IMG/VR virus record: IMGVR_UViG_3300044640_000694
Span: 1-53,148 of that record
DNA length: 53,148 nt
Direction: 5' to 3' (one strand)
Origin: a virus
Taxonomy: Duplodnaviria; Caudoviricetes
Shown piece by piece: positions 1 to 7,898 of the stretch. Below the pieces are notes generated by a model. The model made no database searches. It had not been told where the DNA came from and worked only from the letters and a program-made list of their open reading frames with translations. Made by a program: the position numbers and the translations under genes. Position 1 is the first letter of the stretch; every line of letters starts with the position of its first letter.

Positions 1-1
1 A

Positions 2-181
2 ACAAACCCATACCTATATGATCCATACATAGGAAATGTTCCACGTAATAGCAATTTAGACAAAACAAAAATAGAAAAAATGCTATTAAGCAAATATTCA
101 AAAGAACTAGATGAAATGCAAGTTAGTATTAATACTTTATATGAGAGATATTACTCAATAAAGAAAAGTTACAATTTATAA
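2..181 (+). CDS. 3' end of a hypothetical protein, truncated by the window edge
   Basis: Open frame TNPYLYDPYIGNVPRN...KKSYNL ending at TAA 179-181; converges on the next gene. Confidence 0.6.
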   Translation, partial: TNPYLYDPYIGNVPRNSNLDKTKIEKMLLSKYSKELDEMQVSINTLYERYYSIKKSYNL

Positions 182-193
182 ATTTTTTCAGAT

Positions 194-376
194 TTAGACC
201 TTATCCCACATCCTGATATCAGTAATAGTCATTCTGATTTTATCAGCGGTATCCTCATCATCAGCTTCAATAACCAATATAGCATTAAACAACTCTATGT
301 CAAATGTAACGGTTTGTCCATTTTGTTTATAGATCTCTAGAGCGATATCTGGTTTAACCTGGTATTTAAATTGCAT
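194..376 (-). CDS. Hypothetical protein (60 aa)
   Basis: ATG-started ORF in a run of co-oriented small genes. Confidence 0.7.
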   Translation of the reverse strand: MQFKYQVKPDIALEIYKQNGQTVTFDIELFNAILVIEADDEDTADKIRMTITDIRMWDKV

Positions 377-388
377 ATGGTTTGCTAA

Positions 389-451
389 CTATTTTTCGGG
401 GGCATCAAGTTTTCTTGAATCGTAAAAGTCATCCTGACTAATCGAAGTCAT
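389..451 (-). CDS. Possible 20-aa micro-ORF MTSISQDDFYDSRKLDAPEK
   Basis: Fills the gap between two minus-strand genes; below the ORF-track cutoff. Confidence 0.25.
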   Translation of the reverse strand: MTSISQDDFYDSRKLDAPEK

Positions 452-457
452 TCTTGA

Positions 458-652
458 CTAATCGATAATACTAACAATACTCTCTTCTACCAAATGGTCC
501 AGAATCTCTTCCTGAATATTAAACAACTGCTGTCTGACTGAATCAGCCATAGCAATAATAGCTGCATCATCCATTCCAGCATTCTTCATAGCTTCTTGAT
601 TATTCTTTTCTGCGATAGCTACCATCTTAGCTACAATCAAATACTTATCCAT
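458..652 (-). CDS. Hypothetical helical protein
   Basis: Likely start at ATG 652, overlapping the upstream stop (TAATG coupling). Confidence 0.7.
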   Translation of the reverse strand: MDKYLIVAKMVAIAEKNNQEAMKNAGMDDAAIIAMADSVRQQLFNIQEEILDHLVEESIVSIID

Positions 653-849
653 TACCATTTTCCCATCGGACACTCCGCTTGCTTAAGCGTACTCTTTAGT
701 TTCATAAAGCAACCACATTTGCGACATTTGACAAGTCGTTTGTCAAACCATTCGCAGGTATTGCATATGGCTAGTCGGGATTCGATAAGCTCTTTATCGG
801 ACCTTGGTTGGTTTGGATCAAATAGATCAAAGAAGGTTACGTCTCCCAT
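652..849 (-). CDS. Small Cys-rich, putative metal-binding protein (DUF6171-like)
   Basis: R-x3-CxxC...CxxCGC...CPxGKW pattern; start moved to ATG 849, 6 nt after TGTTATAAT; paralog of 7640-7894. Confidence 0.8.
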   Translation of the reverse strand: MGDVTFFDLFDPNQPRSDKELIESRLAICNTCEWFDKRLVKCRKCGCFMKLKSTLKQAECPMGKW

Positions 850-855
850 GGATAT

Positions 856-864
856 ATTATAACA
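856..864 (-). promoter_or_regulatory. Extended -10 promoter TGTTATAAT (leaderless)
   Basis: TATAAT 6 nt upstream of ATG 849. Confidence 0.7.
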
Positions 865-977
865 TAAGGTGAGGTTTGTCAATATCAGACATTTGTCAAT
901 ACCTGGCATATTTAGGATACTTGCACATAGGGCACGGGACGTGGGTGGGGTGCAGGGTATCTCTATATACCGCCGAA

Positions 978-1217
978 TTAATTTATCGAACGCTTTATGA
1001 GCGACTCAAATACCGCTCGTTTTAAAACCGAAAGATCTATTTTTGCCGAAGCCTCATACTTGTCTATTTCTTCAAGTGCCAGTAGCGTGAGGTCTTCTCT
1101 AACATAGGCCACTCGCTCGTAGAAGTTATCTAGATCTTCTTCTTTGATGTGTGGACCATCGCAATCCCAGCTGCTCACACAGAATGGACATAGGTATTTC
1201 CCATCATTCAGTTTCAT
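978..1217 (-). CDS. Hypothetical protein with CPFC...C..H motif
   Basis: ORF overlapping the upstream hydroxylase gene; possible Zn ligands. Confidence 0.7.
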   Translation of the reverse strand: MKLNDGKYLCPFCVSSWDCDGPHIKEEDLDNFYERVAYVREDLTLLALEEIDKYEASAKIDLSVLKRAVFESLIKRSIN

Positions 1218-1797
1218 CGATAAACCTTATTCCTTCCAGGTATTCGTTTGGTAAAACATCAAGGATTAGATGAATCCTGTTGTCATCACTAGCATTTTTG
1301 ACACTGTGATACTTTATGTTATTAAGCTCGTACAATATTCCAGTTTTTAAATTTCTAACGTCTATTCCAGAAGAAAACGTAACAAGATAATTTGTTTTAA
1401 TTGGAATATGAAATCTTCTAGCCACATATAGGACATCAGATCTATCTTTGTGTGTCCTTATTCTGCTTCTTGGCTTCATATTGATAAACTCTGCACGGAT
1501 AAGCTTTCCACCTGCCAAAGACTCTACATAGCTAACAATGTCAGCAAATTCTTTTCTGGCTGCATCTGATGACAGGTTTCTTTTAGTTACACAAATACCG
1601 TCTGTTCCAAAGCTGTGGAAATAGTCCAGGGACCTTATCTCAAAAGCAAAGGTATCTTTATGAGTCTCATATGAATTTTGACGACTTGTATCTATCAGCC
1701 ACTCATCATAATAGGATAATACTTCTTTAGATATAGATTCTATAGCTACCTCGCCAAATTCTTCAAAGCACCAGTCATCACGCTTGTTTTTTAGCAT
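1204..1797 (-). CDS. Aspartyl/asparaginyl beta-hydroxylase-like 2OG-Fe(II) oxygenase
   Basis: HKD iron motif, RFHIPIKTN, ELNNIKYHSVKN, RIHLILD. Confidence 0.85.
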   Translation of the reverse strand: MLKNKRDDWCFEEFGEVAIESISKEVLSYYDEWLIDTSRQNSYETHKDTFAFEIRSLDYFHSFGTDGICVTKRNLSSDAARKEFADIVSYVESLAGGKLIRAEFINMKPRSRIRTHKDRSDVLYVARRFHIPIKTNYLVTFSSGIDVRNLKTGILYELNNIKYHSVKNASDDNRIHLILDVLPNEYLEGIRFIDETE

Positions 1798-2443
1798 AAG
1801 CCCACACCTCCAGATCTAACATATTTAAATCTGTTATCAAATTGTTATATTTATTTATAACATTTTGTTCTATAATCGAAGATTCGTTAATCTTAAAACC
1901 ATTTAGATCAATATCAAGTATTTCACTTACCCTGGAATACTTTTCTTTATTGTCAAAATCTACAAGAATTGTTTTATTCTTTTGTATAGTATCTACAATA
2001 GACTCAATTTCAGTACCATAGTTTTTTACAAACCAACAGTTTTCAGCCATTTGTAGTAAATTTGTTATATTTTTGTTATATTTAGGCATATCAACTTCTC
2101 CAGTTAAAAACTTTGAGTTGATATTTACAAAGCTTTCTATTTTATTTGTGGTCAAATAGTATTCAATTAGTTCTTCAAGAGATAGATAGCTATGGAATTT
2201 ATCACGAATATAGTTTATGTAGCTAAAAGTAAGATCTACTGGATTTCTAAAAATTGCAAAATTAGTATCTACATCTTTTATTGGAGTAGTTGCGAAATGA
2301 CCACTAATAAAATCATAATTAGAAAAAGACTCTGGAAGCTCTCTTATGTGACCAGAAAAAACTTTTTTACCTGATTTATTTATTGCAAACTCTCTTACAA
2401 ATACCCCACTGGTCCTGGGTATGTGAAGGTGATAAATAGACAT
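1778..2443 (-). CDS. Sulfotransferase-family protein
   Basis: HLHIPRTSG (5'-PSB-like), ISGHF, FRNPVDLTFSY (3'-PB-like), C-terminal NMLDLEVW; start moved to ATG 2443. Confidence 0.75.
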   Translation of the reverse strand: MSIYHLHIPRTSGVFVREFAINKSGKKVFSGHIRELPESFSNYDFISGHFATTPIKDVDTNFAIFRNPVDLTFSYINYIRDKFHSYLSLEELIEYYLTTNKIESFVNINSKFLTGEVDMPKYNKNITNLLQMAENCWFVKNYGTEIESIVDTIQKNKTILVDFDNKEKYSRVSEILDIDLNGFKINESSIIEQNVINKYNNLITDLNMLDLEVWAYAKKQA

Positions 2444-2450
2444 ACTACAT

Positions 2451-2482
2451 ATTGTATCAGAACTCAAAAAAGCAACTATAAT
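2451..2482. promoter_or_regulatory. Divergent promoter pair
   Basis: TGATACAAT on minus (2459-2451) 7 nt before ATG 2443; TATAAT on plus (2477-2482) 9 nt before ATG 2492. Confidence 0.6.
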
Positions 2483-2491
2483 TGTAGTATT

Positions 2492-2770
2492 ATGTCAATA
2501 GAGTCCTGGATCGGTATTATTGTAGGAATTACTACCATCATCACATCAGCAGGGCTGGGAGTACGTTGGCTAACAAGACATTATTTTGATGAAATTAAAG
2601 CAGAGCTAAAACCAAACAGTGGATCAAGTATTAAGGATCAGATAACAAGACTTGAAGCAAAGCAGCAAGAGCTTGAAAAGAAAATGGATTCACAGCACAA
2701 TAAGCTTGAGAAAAAAATTGACAAGATGTTTGATGCATTAATTGATCACTTGTCATCCAACAACAAGTAA
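2492..2770 (+). CDS. Membrane protein with one N-terminal TM helix and a coiled coil (holin-like or lysis accessory)
   Basis: WIGIIVGITTIITSAGLGV hydrophobic helix, then LKPNSGSSIKDQITRLE; start moved to ATG 2492. Confidence 0.65.
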   Translation: MSIESWIGIIVGITTIITSAGLGVRWLTRHYFDEIKAELKPNSGSSIKDQITRLEAKQQELEKKMDSQHNKLEKKIDKMFDALIDHLSSNNK

Positions 2771-3000
2771 TATACTATATATAATATATTTAAGCATTTA
2801 TATACCTAGATAACTAGATATATTTCTAGCTAGATATATTTATTTAATTAATATATATACTACCAAATCCTGATGCGTTGTCAAGTCTTATTTTGATAAC
2901 ACTTTTGTAACAATTGTATATAATACTTATAACAACCCTTTATTTACTTGACTCGTTATAATTCTGTTATCTTGACTTTTATTTTCTGATATAATTTATA

Positions 3001-3058
3001 TGCTAGTGCTCAGGGTAGTCTCTCATACCCACCATCCTGGGTACTAGCTTTTTTATTT
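3001..3058 (+). ncRNA. Candidate ~55-nt structured small RNA or strong intrinsic terminator
   Basis: TGATATAAT at 2987-2995, then 13-bp stem GCTAGTGCTCAGG/CCTGGGTACTAGC (3 G-U pairs) followed by a T-run. Confidence 0.45.
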
Positions 3059-3080
3059 ATTATGGTTGTATAATATTACT

Positions 3081-3458
3081 ATGTCTTGTTCTCCTGAAAT
3101 CTTTGGTGCTAACCCTGCCAACATTAAATGGCAAGTTGTTAGAGGTGATACCTCATCCTTGCGTATTGAATTCTTTGAAAATGATGAAGTTACACCTTTT
3201 GATATTTCAGATTGGGAATTTGCTGCTACTACTTATGATTTCCGTGGTGATGTTCTAGACGAGCTAGAAACTGATGCTGGAAATGGTTACGTAGATATTA
3301 CTGCATGCTCAGACATTACATCTTTGTGGGGTACTGGATACTCTTCCACAGTTGCAGAGCTAGCTTTTGACCTTCAGGTAACCATTGATGATACAATTTG
3401 GACACCAGTTATTGGAACCATAACTGTTCTTGGTGATGTTACTGGGGGAAGTCTCTAA
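3081..3458 (+). CDS. Virion adaptor protein (BppU N-terminal-like beta-sandwich)
   Basis: VVRGDT...FDLQV...GTITVLGDVT; paralog of 4295-4642 and 9634-10044; ATG 6 nt after TATAAT 3069-3074. Confidence 0.65.
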   Translation: MSCSPEIFGANPANIKWQVVRGDTSSLRIEFFENDEVTPFDISDWEFAATTYDFRGDVLDELETDAGNGYVDITACSDITSLWGTGYSSTVAELAFDLQVTIDDTIWTPVIGTITVLGDVTGGSL

Positions 3459-3544
3459 TGCCAGTTATAAAAATTTCTAACAATACCCCAAGTCTTCCAC
3501 CAGTTGTAAAGATTAAGGGAAAAACTTTTAAGACTTCAAAGTAG
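3458..3544 (+). CDS. 28-aa basic microprotein MPVIKISNNTPSLPPVVKIKGKTFKTSK
   Basis: TAATG overlap with the upstream stop; fills the gap to the next gene; absent from the ORF track. Confidence 0.6.
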   Translation: MPVIKISNNTPSLPPVVKIKGKTFKTSK

Positions 3545-3550
3545 GAAAAG

Positions 3551-4276
3551 ATGGCAATCAGTAAAAGCATGGACTTTCCGTCTAGCAAAAAAACTGGATA
3601 TGCTGAAGTTGCACAACAATCTCAAATTCTAGATCCTCAAATATCATATATACCAGTTCCAGGACCTCAAGGTCCAGCAGGCGATCCAGGTGCTCAGGGT
3701 CCTAGAGGAGAAAAGGGTGAGCGTGGAGAAAAGGGTGACCCTGGTCCACGTGGAGAGTCAGGAAAGCCTGGTAAAAATGGACAGGATGGAAAAACCTATT
3801 TACCAGTTTATGGACAGGATGCAGGGTGGGCAAGGTATTTTGATAAAAAAGAAAAGATAGTTCCTATAGGTGCAACCAGAGGAATCGATGGCTGGGTAAC
3901 TATTAATCTAGATATCTCAAAATCAGATGAGAAATATTTGCCAACAAACTCTGTTAGTCTTTATAATGAGAACTCAAAAAGAATAAATCTAAAATGGTTA
4001 AAGATAGGGTCTCAGGTAGACATTACCTACACATTTGAGGTAGAGACATTTTCAAATAATACTGAGTTGTGGTGTCGAACAATATTCCCAGGCACTGATA
4101 GTCAAACAACGTCTCTCGTTGGAACTCTTAAATATCAATATCTATATGAGTTTTCAATTACTCACAAGGTATATGTTGATAGTGAAATGATTAAGATTAA
4201 TGGAGCAGCTGTACAGCTACGTTCAGATATAGATGCCTTGGCCAGACTAACATCTATAGCAATTTCTGTATCTTAG
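3551..4276 (+). CDS. Collagen-like repeat virion protein
   Basis: 15 consecutive Gly-X-Y triplets (GPQ GPA GDP...GQD GKT), then a beta-rich C-terminal domain. Confidence 0.85.
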   Translation: MAISKSMDFPSSKKTGYAEVAQQSQILDPQISYIPVPGPQGPAGDPGAQGPRGEKGERGEKGDPGPRGESGKPGKNGQDGKTYLPVYGQDAGWARYFDKKEKIVPIGATRGIDGWVTINLDISKSDEKYLPTNSVSLYNENSKRINLKWLKIGSQVDITYTFEVETFSNNTELWCRTIFPGTDSQTTSLVGTLKYQYLYEFSITHKVYVDSEMIKINGAAVQLRSDIDALARLTSIAISVS

Positions 4277-4278
4277 CA

Positions 4279-4287
4279 TGCTATAAT
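4279..4287 (+). promoter_or_regulatory. Extended -10 promoter TGCTATAAT (leaderless)
   Basis: 7 nt upstream of ATG 4295; no SD. Confidence 0.75.
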
Positions 4288-4294
4288 AATAGTT

Positions 4295-4642
4295 ATGGCA
4301 TTTCCAGGAACTTATAACATTAATTATTACGAGGGTGATACCTACGAGTTTAAGATCTACCCAAAAAATTCTGTTGGGGCAACCTTTGACCTATCTGGCT
4401 ACTCTGTTCAGTTTTTTATTGCTACTGCACGTGGCTCAGGGGCAACTCAATACGAGTGTCAAGCATCAATCAGCGTTGATAGCGTTGTAACCTGCAAGAT
4501 TCCTCCAGGAGTTGGAAGACAGCTAACAGCTGGAACTACATATTACTACGATGTTGAGGTTAGAAAGCCTGCAGATGGCACAGTCTACACTTTGCTTACT
4601 GGAACGGTATCGGTAACTGCAGATGTTTCTGGAGCAGCATAA
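4295..4642 (+). CDS. Virion adaptor protein (BppU N-terminal-like)
   Basis: YYEGDT...YYYDVEV...LLTGTVSVTADVS. Confidence 0.65.
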   Translation: MAFPGTYNINYYEGDTYEFKIYPKNSVGATFDLSGYSVQFFIATARGSGATQYECQASISVDSVVTCKIPPGVGRQLTAGTTYYYDVEVRKPADGTVYTLLTGTVSVTADVSGAA

Positions 4643-5220
4643 TGGCAGAAGTCTTACTATCTTCTGACGAGCTAACGGTTCTTGGTGGACCAGCAGAAAT
4701 TAGCGTAGACGTTGATTTTGGACCGCAGGGTGACCGTGGAAGCCTTATTCTTTATGGTTTGGGTAAGCCAGATGACGTAGTTTTGCCAGAAACACCACAA
4801 GTTTATGATTCGTATATTAATCTTTTGACATCTGACGATGAGTATCAGTTTATGTATCAGTTTATTGCTGGACCAAACAGCGGAACCCCAATATGGACAA
4901 AGCTATTTAAGCTTACTCCAAATATTTATTCTGAAAATGTTGTAAGAACTTTTGTGGCTGGTCAAATAGATATAAATATTCCAGTAGCAGCAATTGTACC
5001 AGGCGATCTTGTTGGAAACTACACAGCTGAAAATTTTAACATTCAAGCAAATGTTCTTGGAACATCTCCAATTTCTCTAGGAGTCTCAGTCTCTGAGATT
5101 CAGATTGTTAATGATTTAGTTTCTCTACCAATATCTATTAATGCTATTGAATATTCAGAATCCGAGTGGGTATCGGTAGAAGGTCAAAAAACAGTTCATT
5201 TGCTTATTACTGTGGTATAA
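4642..5220 (+). CDS. Putative virion structural protein
   Basis: Translationally coupled; GPQGDRGS collagen-like stub; beta-rich. Confidence 0.65.
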   Translation: MAEVLLSSDELTVLGGPAEISVDVDFGPQGDRGSLILYGLGKPDDVVLPETPQVYDSYINLLTSDDEYQFMYQFIAGPNSGTPIWTKLFKLTPNIYSENVVRTFVAGQIDINIPVAAIVPGDLVGNYTAENFNIQANVLGTSPISLGVSVSEIQIVNDLVSLPISINAIEYSESEWVSVEGQKTVHLLITVV

Positions 5221-5239
5221 TTTGAACTGGTGATAATTA

Positions 5240-5974
5240 ATGGCTTCTGAAAATATTGGATCTCTCTACCCCACAAAAATGCCAGGGTATGATGATGCAG
5301 CAGACATCCAAGCTGCACTCCGACTATATCACTATGGCTCAGACTCATATGAGCCAGACAATACTAACGAATCTCAGATTCCACCTAACTCTATTGCTGG
5401 CTATTTAAAGGCACTAGACACAAGGGTAGATGCTGTTGAGGGTACTGGAATTGGATCAGAATATTCGGCTACAGAGCCAACAAGTCCAGCAAATGGATTT
5501 ATTTGGGTAGATACAGACAGCGTTGTTCCAATAATTGAAAATCCTACTTGGCAACTTATCGACTCTGGAACTCTTTCTGGGTCTTCTCTTTCAGTTACTG
5601 GAATTTCTGGAGAAAAGTTCTACGTTGTCTTAAAAGACTGGAGTCACTCAAACACAGGCAGCGAGCTTGGCCTAGTGATTAGATTTAATTCTGATTCAGG
5701 ACCCAATTATGTAAACACTGGTGGTCTAATATCTGCTTCTGGACTTTCTTCTCCAACATTCCCAAATACGGCAACCCAAGACTTAACTATTGAGGTGGAT
5801 CTGTCAAATACAGGTGCTTTCTTGAAGCCAGTATCAACTATTGCAGACACTGCTGAAGGACCATATTTTGGATATTACAAGAATACAAATGAAATTACAT
5901 CAGTTCAGCTAACACTTTCTGGATCAGGTAATTTTGATGGCGGAAACTATCAGATTTGGAGCTATCAGGTATGA
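5240..5974 (+). CDS. Putative tail fibre or minor tail protein
   Basis: N-terminal anchor-like segment, SATEPTSPANGFIWVDT motif, C-terminal ITSVQL...NFDGG domain. Confidence 0.65.
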   Translation: MASENIGSLYPTKMPGYDDAADIQAALRLYHYGSDSYEPDNTNESQIPPNSIAGYLKALDTRVDAVEGTGIGSEYSATEPTSPANGFIWVDTDSVVPIIENPTWQLIDSGTLSGSSLSVTGISGEKFYVVLKDWSHSNTGSELGLVIRFNSDSGPNYVNTGGLISASGLSSPTFPNTATQDLTIEVDLSNTGAFLKPVSTIADTAEGPYFGYYKNTNEITSVQLTLSGSGNFDGGNYQIWSYQV

Positions 5975-6606
5975 CAACTATTTCATCTAACTCAAAAGTA
6001 GCCTACATTTATGACGAAGCTACTGATACATGGTATCCAACTGCTGGTCTTGCTAGTACTTCTGCAAACTATTCCTGGACTGGGATTCACAACTTTTCTG
6101 AAACAGTATCTTTTGAAGAGTCTGTTGTTGCAAAAGGCGGAGTTAACAATTTTCAAAACGAAACCGCTCGTGATGCAGCAATGACTGCACCAGTTGCAAA
6201 TGGTACTGTTGTTTTTGTTAGGCAGGATAATCTTGGAAACACAATAAATCAAGTTCAATACTATAGTGGTGGATCATGGATTCCAGCTATGCTAACATTT
6301 ATTGATGAGAAGACTGCTTCCTACACCCTAGCACTACCAGACAATGGAAAGTTAATCAAGGTTAATAGCACATCAGATCTAGAAGTTACCATTCCAGCAG
6401 AAGCATCTGTTGCTTTCCCAATTGGCTCTAGGCTTGAAGTAATACGCTATGGAACTGGAGAAGTTAGCATAGCTGCAGCCTCTGGGTCTGGGGTAACAAT
6501 AAGAAGTAAAAACAATAATAAGAAAATTTCCGTTCAGTATTCTGGAGCAATGCTAACAAAGATTGGCTCTGATGAGTGGCATTTGATTGGTGATCTGAAG
6601 GCATAG
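5971..6606 (+). CDS. Tail fibre protein with C-terminal adaptor domain ending ...WHLIGDLKA
   Basis: ATGA overlap at 5971; C-terminal ~95 aa align by eye with the C-terminus of 13708-15423. Confidence 0.7.
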   Translation: MTTISSNSKVAYIYDEATDTWYPTAGLASTSANYSWTGIHNFSETVSFEESVVAKGGVNNFQNETARDAAMTAPVANGTVVFVRQDNLGNTINQVQYYSGGSWIPAMLTFIDEKTASYTLALPDNGKLIKVNSTSDLEVTIPAEASVAFPIGSRLEVIRYGTGEVSIAAASGSGVTIRSKNNNKKISVQYSGAMLTKIGSDEWHLIGDLKA

Positions 6607-6614
6607 GTGATGCA

Positions 6615-7595
6615 ATGGTAAATGCATTTGGTTACTATGCATCTGCAAAGGGAATGGTTTTGGTTCCAGATCTTTCTGGCCTTTCCTCTGCTGCAGCAAT
6701 TGCTTTGCTAGAGTCTAATGGCTTAAACTACTCTCTAGGTTCCGATGTAGATACAAACAACGGTGCCCTAGACAATCTAGTTGCTGAACAAAGTCCAGCT
6801 TCAAATACCCTAGTTGACTATGAAACAGTTGTTCAGTTTAGACTTTACAACCTAGTTGTAATTCCACCATTCTTCCCATTCTTCCCATCATTCCCACCAT
6901 CTGTGGCACTAACGCTGACCTCTCTTGGTGAAACTTCTGTGAGGGTAGAGTGGACAGCCTCTAACTTTACTCAAACATCCTTCAAAGTTAATCGTAATGG
7001 AAGTATTATTGGACCAAGCAATAGCACAGAGACATCATTCGTTGATAATGGTTTAGATTGTGGCGTTAATTATGCATATACTCTAACACTCTATAGTGGA
7101 CCAGATGGGACTGGAAGTGAAGTTTCAGACATAGAAAGCGTAACTACTGATGCCTGTACAAACCTATATACAGTAAACTATGAATGCAATGGTGGTACTG
7201 GATGTCCAAGCGATACCACTCATAATGGAAGCTTTACTATAACTGGATCAGCACCAACGCTATCTGGTTTTGTATTTAATGGATATCATGTTTACTGTAA
7301 TTCCAGCTTTATTGGAAACTATCAACCAGGTGCAACAGTTTCTTGTGCAGGAAACCTAGAAATCCAGGCACAGTGGTCATCAGCACCACCATTCTTCCCA
7401 TTCTTCCCATTCTTCCCAACATTCCAACCAACAATATATGGAACAGGATGCTGTGCTGATGGGGCGACTGTTACTGATACAAGCACATCAGAGCAGGTAC
7501 TGCTTGACTCCCTAGAAACTAAGTGTCTTAACAGGGGATCTATTCTAGTCAATTCAGCAACTAGCCTTGTTACCTACCCAACACTTAATTGCTAG
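6615..7595 (+). CDS. Multidomain virion surface protein: PASTA + Pro/Phe tract + FN3-like + Listeria-Bacteroides-repeat-like + Pro/Phe tract + Cys-rich tip
   Basis: VPDLSGLSSAAAIALLESNGL...VAEQSP (PASTA); VRVEW...FVDNGL...YAYTL (FN3); YTVNYECNGG...APTLSGFVFNGY...AQWS. Confidence 0.75.
   Translation: MVNAFGYYASAKGMVLVPDLSGLSSAAAIALLESNGLNYSLGSDVDTNNGALDNLVAEQSPASNTLVDYETVVQFRLYNLVVIPPFFPFFPSFPPSVALTLTSLGETSVRVEWTASNFTQTSFKVNRNGSIIGPSNSTETSFVDNGLDCGVNYAYTLTLYSGPDGTGSEVSDIESVTTDACTNLYTVNYECNGGTGCPSDTTHNGSFTITGSAPTLSGFVFNGYHVYCNSSFIGNYQPGATVSCAGNLEIQAQWSSAPPFFPFFPFFPTFQPTIYGTGCCADGATVTDTSTSEQVLLDSLETKCLNRGSILVNSATSLVTYPTLNC
6864..6899 (+). repeat. Pro/Phe coding repeat PPFFPFFPSFPP
   Basis: Tandem CCATTCTTC units. 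Confidence 0.9.
7386..7430 (+). repeat. Pro/Phe coding repeat PPFFPFFPFFPTFQP
   Basis: (CCATTCTTC)x3 at 7389-7415. Confidence 0.9.
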
Positions 7596-7639
7596 TAATA
7601 AGTATTTTGTAGTTACGGCTAAGATGATATAATTTAGCA

Positions 7640-7894
7640 ATGAGTGATAAAAAAAGTGCGTGGGAGCTCTGGAAAGAAAGCCTTGGAGAGACACGTCCAT
7701 GGGATATGCTAAATCCAGCTATACAGCAGGTAGATGCCAGTGTTGCAGAACATAGATTTTCTATATGCAAGTCTTGTCCAGAGCTAATTAAGCCAACAAA
7801 TCAGTGCAAAAAGTGTGGGTGCATCATGAATCTAAAAACTAAGCTTCCACATGCAGAATGTCCTATTGGTCTTTGGGGTAAGCATCAAAATTAA
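7640..7894 (+). CDS. Small Cys-rich protein (DUF6171-like), second copy
   Basis: RFSICKSC...CKKCGC...CPIGLW; TGATATAAT 7625-7633 lies 6 nt upstream. Confidence 0.8.
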   Translation: MSDKKSAWELWKESLGETRPWDMLNPAIQQVDASVAEHRFSICKSCPELIKPTNQCKKCGCIMNLKTKLPHAECPIGLWGKHQN

Positions 7895-7898
7895 AAAT

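Noticed and set aside
3001-3058. tRNA gene
   Set aside because: Too short; no cloverleaf, T-loop or CCA end
6864-7430. CRISPR-like or DGR-like reading of the CCATTCTTC repeats
   Set aside because: They are 9-nt in-frame coding repeats without spacers
7322-7552. Antisense ORF with GKNGKNGKNG collagen-like repeat
   Set aside because: It is the reverse complement of the PFF repeat and has no independent expression signals
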